Part shown: positions 1 to 12,275 of the stretch, in pieces
How the letters are laid out: every line of letters starts with the position of its first letter
Position numbering within the stretch: position 1 is the first letter of the stretch
From: an uncultured delta proteobacterium
GTDB lineage: Bacteria > Desulfobacterota > Syntrophia > Syntrophales > UBA2185
Assembly: GCA_963695875.1 (NCBI GenBank)
Contig: CAVOID010000016.1
Location: forward strand, 1-60,866
Length of the DNA: 60,866 nucleotides
Direction: 5' to 3'
Program-made: the position numbers and the translations under genes
The notes under the pieces: model-generated
The model's input: only the letters and a program-made list of their open reading frames with translations
Told to the model about the DNA's origin: nothing
Databases searched by the model: none

Positions 1-787
1 TTCAACGAATTTCAACTTATTATTCCTCCATATATCCCATATGTTTTCTTTTAGAATATTTCCGACGACAAATCTTTTTTGCCAATCATGAGAACAGACC
101 AACACATCACCGTTTAAATCGACTTTAATCATGTAGAACGGATAGTAACAAGCTTTTTGCAAAGGCAATGTTTCGATTGCTGATTCACCCTTGTCCCTAT
201 ATTGATTGGAATCTACCAATCCACCTCTATTGGAAATTATCAATCCGTAATCACCGTCTTCATAATATCTTCTTCTGAGCAGCATCTGTGAATCCGACAT
301 GCCTAATTCAGTTTTCATTTTATTAAAGTGCTCAAACTGATGTGCACCATCATAAAGACTGACACAAATGGCATCTAACCCGGATTTAAATAGTTTTTTT
401 CCATTTTGGGAAGCCCCAAAAGATCTCCGTTTGTTATAATTTCAAGAACGGAATTCGGCAGAACAACTTTTGTTTCTCGAACGAGTTCTTCCAAATTCTT
501 GTGCAATAACGGTTCGCTGAAGCCTGAAAAAATTATTCTGCCATGGTAACCAATTGATTTTAAATCGTGTAACAGTTTTTTGTATACTTTCAACTCCAAC
601 TCGCCTTGGATGTTATTTTTTTTATAAAAGTCTTTGTCAGATATCGGACAAAAAGCACATGCTCGCGTGCAAGCAGCGACAATATTTAATTCCACAATTG
701 AAAACACAGGGAAGCCATCGATATATGTTAAAGTGTCCTTAACTATCTTGGCTTTTTTTTCACACTCAAATCCATGCTTTTCTCCAT
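1..787 (-). CDS. Radical SAM/SPASM domain protein (3' end runs off window; frameshifted)
   Basis: CxxxCxxC motif (ACTRACAFCP), SGFSEPLLH and ITNG motifs. Manual translation near 1-150 gives SPASM-like CYYPFYMIKVDLNGDVLVCSHDW...VGNI. Confidence 0.85.
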
Positions 788-842
788 CTGTAAGAATTAA
801 TTAGCATCACATCCACCTAGCATAGGGGGTGCGCAGGTTTCA

Positions 843-1604
843 TTATCTGCGATATTCTCGGACTAAACTATCGTTCTTCATCAAACTCTCAACCTTCATT
901 AAATCTTCAGGAGTATCAACGCCGTAGGTTTCAAAGTCCTCTAAAACCATTTTTACCTTATACCCGTGTTCCAATACTCTCATCATATCCACCGACTCGA
1001 CAATTTCAAGGGGAGTTGGATTGAGATGATTGAATGTAAGTAAAAAATCTCGCCTAAAAGGAATGATAGGCACCTGTTTCAGCATGGGAACGCTCGTAGC
1101 ACCTTTTCCATGATGGTATAGGCTCCCTTGAATAATAAAGAGCAAAACCCTGTAGATCAATAACAACCTTTACCGTGTTCGGGTCTTCTTGTTCCTCACG
1201 GGTTTTTATCTTACCCATAAGATTAACGATATCAATACTCGTATCATCCATCATCGGCTTAACTGCGAGGTCTATCATCTCCGGGCAAAGCATCGGCTCG
1301 TCACCCTGTATCATAACGACAATATCTCTTCCGGTCTCTTGTTCAATTTTTGCCATTGCCTCTGCCGCCCTGTCTGATGCCCGTTCGTGGGTATCGGCAG
1401 TCATTACTGCCTTCCCCCGGAAGATCTTACATAATCAAAAATCTCTTGGTCACATGTGGCCACCCACACGTCGTTAAGCAGTTTACACATTCTACTCCGA
1501 TAGTACACATGACCAATCATCGGGATGCCGAGGATCTTTGCCATTGGTTTGTTGGGAAATCTCGTCGAAGCCATTCGCGCTGGAATTATACCAAGAATAT
1601 TGAT
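843..1604 (-). CDS. KdsB-like CMP-ulosonate (3-deoxy-manno-octulosonate-type) cytidylyltransferase (frameshifted)
   Basis: Manual N-terminus [57 protein letters not shown] and GVDTPEDL motifs spread over three frames. Confidence 0.85.
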
Positions 1605-1632
1605 TTACCACTCCTTGCTTTAATCATTAGCG

Positions 1633-2390
1633 TTACTTTAGATTACCGAGTGTCTCTCTGCATTTTGTCCCGAGATACAACATATCTACTCCAACAGCGA
1701 CAAAAGAATAACCTTTTCTCCTGTAATTCATAGTCATTGCCGGATCGGGCTGCACGACATGAAATCCCATCGGTTTTTGCATCCTTCGGCAGGTATCTTC
1801 ATAATGCTGTAATGCCTGCTGCACTTCCGGCCTGTCAAACTCTCCAGGCCATCCCAGTGAGCCAGAGGGGTTCATAGGGACCAACAAAGGAGCCATCTAC
1901 CCCGGGAGTGCACAATATCGCCTCAAGATTTTCAATTGCCTTCATGTGCTCGATCTGGACAATCACCACACTCTGGTTTTCCACCCATTTTTTATACTCA
2001 TCGAAACCGAACCCGTATTTCTGCGCTCGAGCCAGACCAACGCCCCTCGTTCCAAGGGGGGGGGTACTTTACCGCACTTACAGCAGCCTCTGCTTCGGCG
2101 CGACTATTGACCATAGGCACGATGACACCATGCGCTCCCGCGTCCATAATGCGTTTGATACAGGTTGGATTGTTTTCTCCCGTCCTGACGAGCGGCACAG
2201 TACCACATAACTCGATGACCCTGATCAAGTCCTGGGCTTGGTGAAGTGTGATTGCGCTATGCTCCATGTCCACGGTCAGCCAGTCAAAACCGGCTTGAGA
2301 CATAATCTCCGCTATCGCTGGATGCCCGGTGGTTATCCAAGAACCGATGGTAAAACTATTCTCACCCAGATGTTGTTTTAGATTTATCAT
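1633..2390 (-). CDS. HpcH/HpaI family class II pyruvate aldolase (frameshifted)
   Basis: GFDWLTVDMEHS, KRIMDAGAHGVIVPMVNS, KYPP.G.RGVG and VIVQIEH motifs; the C-terminus is in ORF 1633..1896. Confidence 0.9.
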
Positions 2391-2414
2391 GCCCTCATCC
2401 TTTGCGATTTTCTA

Positions 2415-2995
2415 TCATCTTTCCTTAATCTTTATTGCAGGGATTCCGCTTACAATAGTATAAGGTTCAACGTCCTTAGTAACTACTGCCCCTGCTGCAA
2501 TGACGGCACCTTTGCCAATCACAACGTCAGGCAATATGGTGGCAGATGTACCGATCCAAACATCATCCTCAATAATAATTGTACCGGGAGTGTGACCTTG
2601 CCTATTGATAGGAATGTTTCTGTTATCAAATTTATGATTGCTCGATCGAATAACCACATGTGAAGCAATTAAAACATCCCTTCCTATTTTAATAGTTCCT
2701 CGTTCTGATGCGTCGACCATTACACAAAAATTGATTCCTGTACTATCACCAATAATTAATTTCCCCCCCATTCAGAGCATAGACATAATCATCCCCTTGG
2801 AAAAACACATTATTCCCGATATACATATTTTCTAAGCCGTCGATAACACAGTGCTCCCCTATGCTGATTGTCCCCGCATGAACCGAATTTCCTTTGGTAA
2901 TAAACCCTTCTCGACTGATGTCCAATAATCCCAGGAATTTTCGAAAGAAATGAAGCAATCCATATCGATACTTCTCTCCTGATTTTTCCCATCAT
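2415..2995 (-). CDS. Hexapeptide-repeat (LbetaH) O-acyltransferase (frameshifted)
   Basis: [40 protein letters not shown] and GIPA motifs. Confidence 0.9.
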
Positions 2996-3115
2996 GACTG
3001 AGCCTCTTACACAAATGAACGTGGTGGTAAGGTATCCTTTTGTCCAGTTCTTATCAAAATAGATTCAACCCTAATGCCTTTCGATGATGGAAAGAATTAA
3101 TCACATGTATATATA

Positions 3116-4195
3116 TCAAGCAATTCTCCCTAAGAAATAATAAGGAATTCTATTCTCTAGTTCTTGCAAATTGATCTGCTGATCGATCTTTTCAAGAGCC
3201 AGAAATTCACCAAAGATTTCAAGCAACTTATGGGGATGGAAGGTTGTAGAAAGATTAAAGTCATCATACGTCAGCATGCATAAGAACGAAGATGGCGACT
3301 TCTTCCTCATAAATTGTTTAATGTACTTGGCATAATTTTGAACTACATTAATGGGCATTTCTACAAATGAATGACTATTCCATACACAGTCAACCGTAGC
3401 ATTTACCCTTTCAATTTGCCAAGGCGCAATGGCGAGTATCTCTCGTTCATTATTATCGGAGAACGCTATTTGGTCCTTGTCTGCGCTTTGTTTATAATCA
3501 ATGACGCCGGGGAAGAAACATTTCAGATACTGAGTGCCGATATAAAGATTGGGTGGTATATCAAGGTAGATATATTTTCTAATGTTTGGGTACATACGCA
3601 TCAACAAATGCGCGTTTGCTCCAAAACCGCCACCAATCTCAAAAATTGAGTGAACTTTCTTAAAGTCAATCTTTGAAGAGTAATTGTAGATTCGCACGAC
3701 GCATTCTATATAGAATAGGCTGTATGTTTTACCGCAAAAACTCACTACATTTTCCACACCCCCTACCATACCGTCTGGAATATCGTATTCCTCTTGAATT
3801 TTCTCAAACCATTCCCGAAATCTATGATTCATATAGAAATCACGATAAAGCCTGATCAGTTGGTCTTGTTGTTTGATAATCTTATCAAATCTATCTGTAA
3901 ACCTTTTACCTGCATGAGAGGAAAATATCCGCTCTAAACACCTGTATATGAGCGAACCTCCTTTCCAATAGGCCAAGGGATCAAGGTTTGATGCATCCGT
4001 ATAGCTTCCGCTCATCGCAATGCTCTTATGGTGTCGAAAATTCTTAATTCCAAGTAGCTTAATTGCACGGACTGTCCTCTTGGAATACGCTCGCCAGTAA
4101 GGTCCGGGTTTATATATTGACTTTTGCGGAGCCATATCTTTAAGCATCAGATCAAGTAAATCCACATCATCCACGAGCATTTTCATTTCATCCAT
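3116..4195 (-). CDS. Putative sugar O-methyltransferase
   Basis: SAM-binding IFEIGGGFGANA; YKPGPYW N-terminal motif, YLDIPPNL and NSHSFVEM motifs typical of this family. Confidence 0.75.
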   Translation of the reverse strand: MDEMKMLVDDVDLLDLMLKDMAPQKSIYKPGPYWRAYSKRTVRAIKLLGIKNFRHHKSIAMSGSYTDASNLDPLAYWKGGSLIYRCLERIFSSHAGKRFTDRFDKIIKQQDQLIRLYRDFYMNHRFREWFEKIQEEYDIPDGMVGGVENVVSFCGKTYSLFYIECVVRIYNYSSKIDFKKVHSIFEIGGGFGANAHLLMRMYPNIRKYIYLDIPPNLYIGTQYLKCFFPGVIDYKQSADKDQIAFSDNNEREILAIAPWQIERVNATVDCVWNSHSFVEMPINVVQNYAKYIKQFMRKKSPSSFLCMLTYDDFNLSTTFHPHKLLEIFGEFLALEKIDQQINLQELENRIPYYFLGRIA

Positions 4196-4261
4196 TTCCT
4201 ATTGCCTTTTCTTCTTGTCTTGGAAGGGTGAGCACCTATCAATTTCTTCGCTTTGATAACC

Positions 4262-5817
4262 TCAACTTTTGGGTCGCATTTTCAACAGTTTTAAAACGGT
4301 ATTTACCAGAACTGTCACATCGTCCCTTCTGAACCCCAAGATAATCGGCAAAAAATAAACCATGACCATGGCCATTATAGAATAAATAACACCAGAACAA
4401 AGAAAGCCAACGATAATCCTATCCTGCATTGCCGCATTCCCATCTATAGCTGCCCTTGCCAATAGCGCAATGAGGAGGAAGCAACCAACACAAACTATCT
4501 GATGCCCAAAATAGTTGATAAAGCGAAGATTAAGCAGTCGCGCATTGAAAAAAATCTGCACATTAACGCAAATAAAGGCAATGGCGACAGTTTTTACGGC
4601 CAGCCCCGTTGATCCAGCGTTTATTCCCATCATGTCTACGGGTGCAACGAGAAAATATGTCACTGGCAACCCGATAATCGTGAATATAATGTCTATGTTG
4701 CGATACAATCTTGTTTGTGTTGTCGCAAAAAATACCGAACCGCTCAGTTGGCCATATGTTTGATGGATTGGATAAAAGGCCATAATGGCGATCGGTAGAG
4801 CTGCATCGTGAAATTTAGCCCCACCAAAAATAAAGGCTACCTTATCCGCCTGGACAGCAAGAAAGCACGAAAAAAAGGCGGCAATTCCATAAAGAAGCGG
4901 AATGTAACGCCTGAACAGATATGCCATTTGTGTGAGATCCCGCTTTGCAAAAGCAATTGAAAATTCCCTTGTTATCAGCGGTGTCATAGCACCTGTAAAG
5001 AGAAAGCAAATTGCTCCGATTTGATAGGAAAGACCATAGAATCCTTGCTGCACGCTGCCACTGAAAACCTGCAATATCCATCGGTCCAGTATGTCCACAA
5101 GAAGACCAACAAGGGCGTAAACAAATAGCGGATGACTGATATTGATAAAACTCCTTTGCATAAGCAAGAACCTGATCTTTAGAAATCTTCCAACATACCC
5201 AAAGTGAAGCAACATGCTTTTTTATAATCCAGCCAAATGAAAACCCAAGCACTATAAACAACACATAGTGATAAAAAAAAAATTGCTTAAATTTAGCTGA
5301 TCTAGAAAAGAACAGCCCTAAAATGAGTATGACACCCAAAATCTTCTGCGCGATTCTTACCATTTCCGCCGGCACGGTCAAACCGAAGGCATCGACCATC
5401 TATTGAGTATCTGAATGAACCAGGAAAAGATGCCCCATATCGCCGCAAGATAAACAAAGAACATTAACTGATCGGGCCAAATTTTCTCTGCGGCAGGCGT
5501 AAAGCTGACTATGAAAACGACCAGGAATACAGCGACGGAAGCAATGATCGCAAAACTTAGATAAAAAGTGATTATACCAATATCTTTTTGCCGCTGTGAT
5601 AGCTTGGTGTAAAAGCCAATGGATGTCCCCATGTCAAAAAAACTGACAAATTGCGAGAAGAAATTGCTTAAGAAACTAAAGTCGCCATAAGCATTGGGCC
5701 CAAACCACGGGGGATAATTCCCATAGTAACCCAACTGATGGAAAGGCCAACCAACCTCGTAAAAAATTTGAAAATATATCTCCTTTTCAGAGAATCTTCT
5801 TTTTTATCACGATTCAT
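4262..5817 (-). CDS. Oligosaccharide flippase (Wzx/MOP superfamily; frameshifted)
   Basis: Multi-TM protein with IIPRGLGP..YGDFSF, DRWILQ and QGFYGLSYQIG motifs, split over four ORF fragments. Confidence 0.8.
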
Positions 5818-5830
5818 TAGAAACGGAAAG

Positions 5831-7611
5831 TCATCTACTGATTTTTCTGAATTCATTTATCCATTCATCTATAGCATTGGGGGAGTTTTTTGCGTAATGA
5901 TCGCAAAAATCTAAGCGCGCCAATTGTCTTTCATGGTCATTCCACCAATCGTCAACATTATCATATACTTCACAAACATTACTTGCGGCAGATTCGGGTG
6001 AATCATATAAAATCCCAACTGCACGCAGATTATCAAGGCGCGTTATGGCTTCTCTCCTGCATATCATCGAATCTGGATCCCAAAATAATATGGTGGGAAC
6101 ATTCAAAGATAAAGCTTCCGCATGCACACTACCAAGATGATCACATACAAATAGTTTGCAATTCATAAGACTTTCTTGAAAAGGAATATCCCATCCTTCC
6201 ATAATCAAATTTGGACATGCGTTTTGAATTCGTTTTGAAATATCTAACCCATAATCTTGAGCAAATGCTCGATAGCTAATAAATTTTTGATAGCTAAGAT
6301 CTACACTTTTAAAAAATATTATTAGATCATCAAAATATTTTTCCAAATGGTTGTTGTTGGGATATTGCAGCCTGTATAAATATCTCGATGTAGCCGTTCC
6401 GCAAACAATATTTTTGTGTTTTTGTTGTTCTTTTCGAATTTCTTCTTTCCAATTACTGTGCTCATAGTCATAGGTACTATGCGTTCTTTAAGCTCGCTAT
6501 CATTCCATCCCCAGGAATAAAATTTGTCTGTTATTGCAACTTCATGATCCAGTACTTGCATATATTGATCAATGCCATAATTACCCCCATGCTGAAAACC
6601 ATAAAGAGAACTACCACATTCGGCCGCCGCCGCCGCCCACATTTTAAATTTTTCATCAGAGTACCACGATACCCAACTCATTATTGCCCTTGGCTTTGAC
6701 GGATATTTTAAAGATTCCTTTTTTATCATTTTATGAGATTCCAAAAAAGAATATGGGATGTCATGAGGCAATAATTGTACGATTAATTTTTCAAATCCAT
6801 TACGGTTTAACAAGATCTTCCCAAAACAGCTTCTCATGTTTTTGCCATTTAACTTGCAACGGTCATTTCCTCATTTGCTTGGAAGATTGGTTTGACTTTT
6901 CCCCTCGACTTTAAAAACATTTTAATAATGGAACTTATCCCAAAATACAGCCCAACCAAATAAACTGATTCCCCCGTCTTTGCCCGTGCGATACTACGTG
7001 CGCATGTTGTAATAAATTTTCTCTTTATAACACCTAATAGATTTTTTTTGCGAATTGACCGATCTTTTCTTTTTATTATATCAGAAGATATCTGCCTAAA
7101 ATTATTTTTTTCTACGGATAATATCCTTGAATAAATTTGAAGATTATAAGGATCATCTGTTGATAACTCGATAGATTCTGACGTAGATCGAGGCGTAATA
7201 AAAGAATTTTCGGCCAAAATTATTGTATCGAAAAATGGATATTTTGATTTTGCTTGTTGAATACATAAGTAACGATCATAGAGAACATCCAAATAATGAA
7301 AAAGCCATGGCCCGATAATGATTCTCCAATAGCGAAGGTCATGCTGTTCTTCATGCACTTCATCTAATAATGCAGCCATCTGCTGCAGCAATCGTTGATA
7401 AACATCCTTTAAATATACATAAGCATCAATGAGATCTTTTTTTATCTTTCCATATACTTTGAAGGACTTCCCCATTCAGCGGTTCCCAGACATCTTGACG
7501 ACTATACCTTAAACACCAATCACCAAGAAATACGATCTGTCTATTTCTGTCCCAAAATTCTTCAAGGGCAGTAGTTGCTAAAAACACTTTTCTATTGTCT
7601 GCCTGATACAT
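5831..7611 (-). CDS. LIC12162-family surface-carbohydrate transferase-like protein (frameshifted)
   Basis: FLATTALEEFW..FLGDWC N-terminus, YWRIIIGPWL, QHGGNYG, FYSWGW and EALSLNVPTILFW motifs; AT-rich. Confidence 0.75.
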
Positions 7612-7612
7612 T

Positions 7613-8670
7613 CTATTTACTGATCAATCTCATTTGTAAGGGAGTCCCAGCGGGAATGTTTTCCGCTGCTCGAAGTCCAATAATTTTTTTCAGAAAACGT
7701 GTATGTAATCCATAACCTGGTCGGATAGAGCGTATGTTCTCTTTGCTGAAAAACTCTCCCGCGATTATATCCTTGACTACGAATAGCGAACGACGGAAGA
7801 CGCGGCTGGCGGCTTCGTGTTCGGTAACTTCATAGCTAACCTTACCAAGAGCTTTTTCTGTCGTTCGGATTGCATCAACCATGGCTTTGAATTCGTGGGG
7901 TTCCAGGGAAAAGGCGCTGTCGGGGCCGGGGATTCTGCGGGATAGGGTAAAGTGTTTCTCCACGATGCAGGCGCCAAGCGCCACGGCGGCTACGGGCACG
8001 GCGATGCCCAAGGTATGATCGGAGAGGCCGACGGGGATGGCAAATGCCTCCGACATGTGGGTGATGGTGCGCAGGTTCATTTCTTCTGGTCTTGCGGGAT
8101 AGGCGCTGGTGCATTTTAGATAGGGCAATTTCCTTGCAGCCTGCTTCTCTGGCGGCCGTTACGGCCTCGTCTATTTCTGCTAAAGTTGCCATACCAGTTG
8201 ACATGATCGATTGGTTTGCCGGTCTTGGCGATATATTGAATCAGGGGAATATCTACCAACTCAAAGGATGCGACTTTATAGGCAGGAACGTCCATTTCTT
8301 CTAGAAAATCGACGGCAGTTTGATCAAATGGTGATGAGAAAAGGTCCATTCCGAGGTCGTTCGCAATTTGTTTCAGTTTCGGCTGCCATTCCCAAGGCGT
8401 GTAAGCTTCTTGATATAGTTTGTACAGGTTCTTTCCTTCCCAAATTGTTCCTTTGCCAATGTGGAAATATTCATTATCACAGTCTATGGTAATGGTTTCC
8501 GGTGTGTACGTTTGTAGTTTAATTGCATCTGCGCCTGCTTCTTTTGCTGCTTTTATTAGCTGAACTGCCTGGTCGAAATCCTGGTTATGATTGGCTGACA
8601 TTTCAGCAATAATCCACACTGGGTAACCTCGGCCTACCATTCTATCCCCAATGTTAATAACAGATGTCAT
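7613..8670 (-). CDS. pseI: Pseudaminic acid synthase (frameshifted)
   Basis: IIAEMSANHNQ, KLQTYTPETIT, AYTPWEW, KVASFEL, GLSDHT, EKHFTL and RRSLFVVKD..IRPGYGL motifs. Confidence 0.92.
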
Positions 8671-8671
8671 G

Positions 8672-10174
8672 CTACTTTTTCCTCAAAATGTATTTTTGTG
8701 ATTCAATGCCTTGGAAGTAGAGTTCTTCTGTATGCATGAAGCCAGCGTTCTGAAACAGTTTTAACGACACTGGGTTTCCAACTTTGATATATGCTAAGAT
8801 CTCTTCGACTTCTGTCTCATCGAAGAGTTTTTTTGCAGCGCCTGTTAGGAGTTCGCTGCCATAGCCGAGATTGCGCGATTTCGGAGCTATACTTACAGAT
8901 ATGGTGGCTTTATTGTCATTAATAGCGAAACGAATTTGACCTATAGGATTTCCTCTCCCGTTTAAAGCAATAAAGAAAATATGCTTTGGATCTGGCAAGT
9001 TTTTCTTTAAACCACCGAACGTGTTCGCCCCATGATATCGACTCATTAGAGTATGAAGCATTTCTTGTCTCATTTTCATTTGACCAATGCCATATCAAGT
9101 CGCAGTCGTCATGTGTAACCAGTCTCATGGTGATAAGTCTGCCGGTCATAACTTTTGTCACACGAAATGCGCCGTTGCCATCAACAAGCGGCAATGCGTT
9201 TTCCGATATAGATTTCCGCAATACCTCACTACGAATTAACACCTTAACTTTCTGGCATAATTGCTCGTCTTCAAGTCTGTCGTGCCAACCAAGATTTTGC
9301 GCTGCCTCCCGTTTATTTAGATAAGCTGCGATCAGCTCTTGGTCTTCTGATAGAACAAATAACAAACTGGGCACACCCATAAACGCCAATTCCCAACATG
9401 TACTCCCGCCTGCAGAAATCGCCAAATCCGCCCATGCCATCAGTTCGGGCATGTTGGGTGGATTGATCAGAAGCTCTGCCTCAAAATGGGCGGATGCTAT
9501 AGCCTTACGCAGCGTTTCTTGGTGGGGATTGGCCGGGCCGATGATGATTCTGACTGCGATATCCGGCTCATCAAGAAGCTTTAAAGCCTCGATGACTTTG
9601 AGGGTCACATTGTCCGGATCGGCACCACCAAGGGTTACAAGGATGTTTTTCGCCCGATCCGGGATCTGGCGTTTGAAGTCTCGATATTTCAGGAATTCCC
9701 TGCGCAGGAGAACATAACGGGTTCCCAGAAGAAGGGTTGTGTCTTCGTCGCAGTGGTAGTTCAGATCCGGGGCATGAATATTCTGATTGAGAAGAATATC
9801 AGCATGATAGTGGGGTAGGTGGTTCATGTCGTCAATGACCAGGAGGCGGATCCCTTCGTCGCGGATTGCCTTCTGATATTCCGGGGTGAAATGATACCCG
9901 TCCAGAACAAGCCAGTGTTTTCTGATCGGCGCTTTCGTTTTTCAAGAATGGACAGCGTGTTTTTCAGATCAGCAGAATCGGGGCAAACATGATCAAGAGC
10001 GATGAATCTGAATCCTTCGCTTTGAATTCTCTCTTTCAGGGCGTCACTTTCACAATGGCTGATAAACGTGACTTCTCCTCCTTGATCCTGCCAGGCCTGG
10101 GCAAGGGCGATGCAGCGCATGATGTGGCCGGTGCCGATTTTTCCGTCCGCGTCTGCCCTGATGTACAAATGCAT
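8672..10174 (-). CDS. pseG: PseG nucleotidase fused to a C-terminal GNAT (PseH-like) acetyltransferase (frameshifted)
   Basis: IRADA..IGTGHIMRC, ILVTLGGADP and MAWADLAISAGGSTCWE motifs, continuing without a stop into GNAT-like ISWGEHVRWF...PIGQIRF..RNLGYG..N.VSLKLF. Confidence 0.85.
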
Positions 10175-11510
10175 TAATTCAGCCTTTTGAAACCGGATAT
10201 GGCAGGCTGCCCGATAAGAAAACTTTCCGGATGGCCTGAACTAAGTGCTTCATTGAGGAAAGGGAGAACCTGGTCAACGGCATCCAGATACGCTTTCACG
10301 TGTTCCTCTTGATGGGCAAACATGGCGTAGAAACCGGTCGTGGCCAGAAAACCTTTTTCAAGCATGGCCTGCACGAACAGGGCTTTCAGGACAAGGGCCT
10401 TTTCATGATCAAATGTGAAATGACTCATGGGGGGTATGCCGCCGATATGGACTTTGATCCCGTGTTTGTCAAATAGTTCCCGCCATCCGTTCTGTACCGC
10501 TTGGCCAATTTTCATCAGGTGTTTACCCACATCATGCATTGGCGATGCTTCTTGATGGTCGCCAAGGGCCGCTACCGGTCCGATTCTTTCCGTCCAGTAG
10601 GTGCTGCTGATGAAACTCCGCTGGGCCGCTTCCATGACGTCACCTTTGCCGATGATCGCTGCCATCGGATAGCCGTTGCCCAATGCCTTCGAAAAAACGG
10701 CGATGTCCGGCTCCATCCCCAGAACAAGATGAGCGCCGCCCGTATTCATCCGGAAGCCGCCTGAAATTTCATCTACGATCAGAACCGCGCCTGTCTCTGT
10801 GGCAAGATTCCTGACGCCCTTCAAAAATCCGGGATTGGGTATTCATTCCGATGCGGTTCCATGACAATCGCGGCGATTTCGTTCTTGTTCGATTCCAGAA
10901 TAGACTGCAAGTTCTTCCAATTGATTGTAGCGAAAGGGGAAAGACGTGCCCGCTCAGGGCTTTCGGAACACCGGCCGGATCCAGGCCGGAAAGGAGATGC
11001 TCGCCTAAGGCATTTTCCGTCCCCAGATTGGCCGCCAGATACCAGTCGTGCCAGCCGTGATAGCCGCAAAAGGCCACCTTGTCGCGGCCCGTGAAGGCCC
11101 GGGCGATCCGAACGGCCACGGCCATGGCTTCGCCGCCGGTGCGGGCAAAGCGCACCTTCTCGGCCCAGGGGTGCAGTTCGCAGAGCAGATCGGCCAGATT
11201 CCACCTCTTCCGGGCAGTTCAGGGATGAGCTGGTTCCTTTGTCGATGGCTTCTCTGACGGCCTCGATCCACGTCCGGGTCCGCATAGCCCAGGACATTGG
11301 CCCCGATGCCGCCGATGCTCATGTCAATGTAGCGGTTGCCGTCCAGGTCCCACACCTCAACTCCCTTGGCCCGGCTGAAATATCCCGGCCAGACCCCGTA
11401 AGAATAGAGATCGGGCCGCTTGGAGAGGAGTTGAGACAGGCCGGGAATCCGTTCTTTCGCATGTTCCTGAAGAGCAAGTGATTTTTTGAAGATTTAATCG
11501 TTTCATGGTT
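10174..11510 (-). CDS. Class III (PLP) aminotransferase domain, probably fused to the upstream cytidylyltransferase (frameshifted)
   Basis: QLLSKRPD, WDLDGNRYIDM, RFARTGGEAM, CGYHGWHDWY, DEISGGFR, PDIAVFSKALGNG and FISSTYW motifs. Confidence 0.85.
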
Positions 11511-12275
11511 TCATGCCGCCTGTCTTCGTGAAGAGATTTTTTCAATCCCTCATTTCTTTCAAATTGTCTGATTGATGGTCAGCCAATCAGGTCTTTGCTG
11601 AAGCAGCAACGAGGACATCCGCCATACGGAAATCAGGCTTCACCGGGTAGAGTTCCTCATAAATCTTTGTTATCAGACTCGAAATCTTCCGGTTCATCCA
11701 CTGTCCAGCGCAGATGCGAGAGATCTTCAGTATTACGATAATGGCCGATCCGGTAGCGGTCCGGCTGCTGATGAATGAAGGGGGTAACATGTTCTCGCTG
11801 CGAGGGCAGAAGTCGCTTCTTTCCAGGCTTCTTCGAGGACGGAAAAGCGGAAGACTTCTACGTCCAAGCCGTCCGGGAAGGTTGGCTGAACGGCATTTGC
11901 GGCATAATCGTAATCGCCGGCAAGATAAAAATCGATCACGGCATCTATCACCTCCGGATCGATTAGGGGACAATCGCCGGTGAGTCTGACGAATGTCTGC
12001 GGCTGCCAAGATTTGTGCGGCCTGATAAAACCGATCAAGCACGTCATTCAGGCTGCCTCGAAAGCAGGGCATATTTATTTGCCGGCAGAGGGTCTCAAGC
12101 ACATCGTCACTTGGATCGGTGCTGGTGGCGATGATAAGTTGATCAATCCTGCGGGACTTGCAAGACTCGTTCAATTTGGAGAGCCAGCATGGGCTTGCCC
12201 AGAATGGGCTTGAGGACCTTACCAGGCAGACGGTGAAGAGGAAACACGGGCTTGGAGGATAGCAAGGATGTTCAT
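11511..12275 (-). CDS. SpsF-type cytidylyltransferase domain (frameshifted)
   Basis: Manual N-terminus MNILAILQARVSS.RLPGKVLKPI; RGSLNDVLDRF, VRLTGDCPLIDP and PTFPDGLDVEVF motifs. Confidence 0.85.

Noticed and set aside
2056..2064. G9 tract frameshifting the HpcH aldolase as phase variation
   Set aside because: G8 would restore KYPPLGTRG, but this cannot be told apart from the homopolymer errors seen throughout; raw accurate reads are needed.
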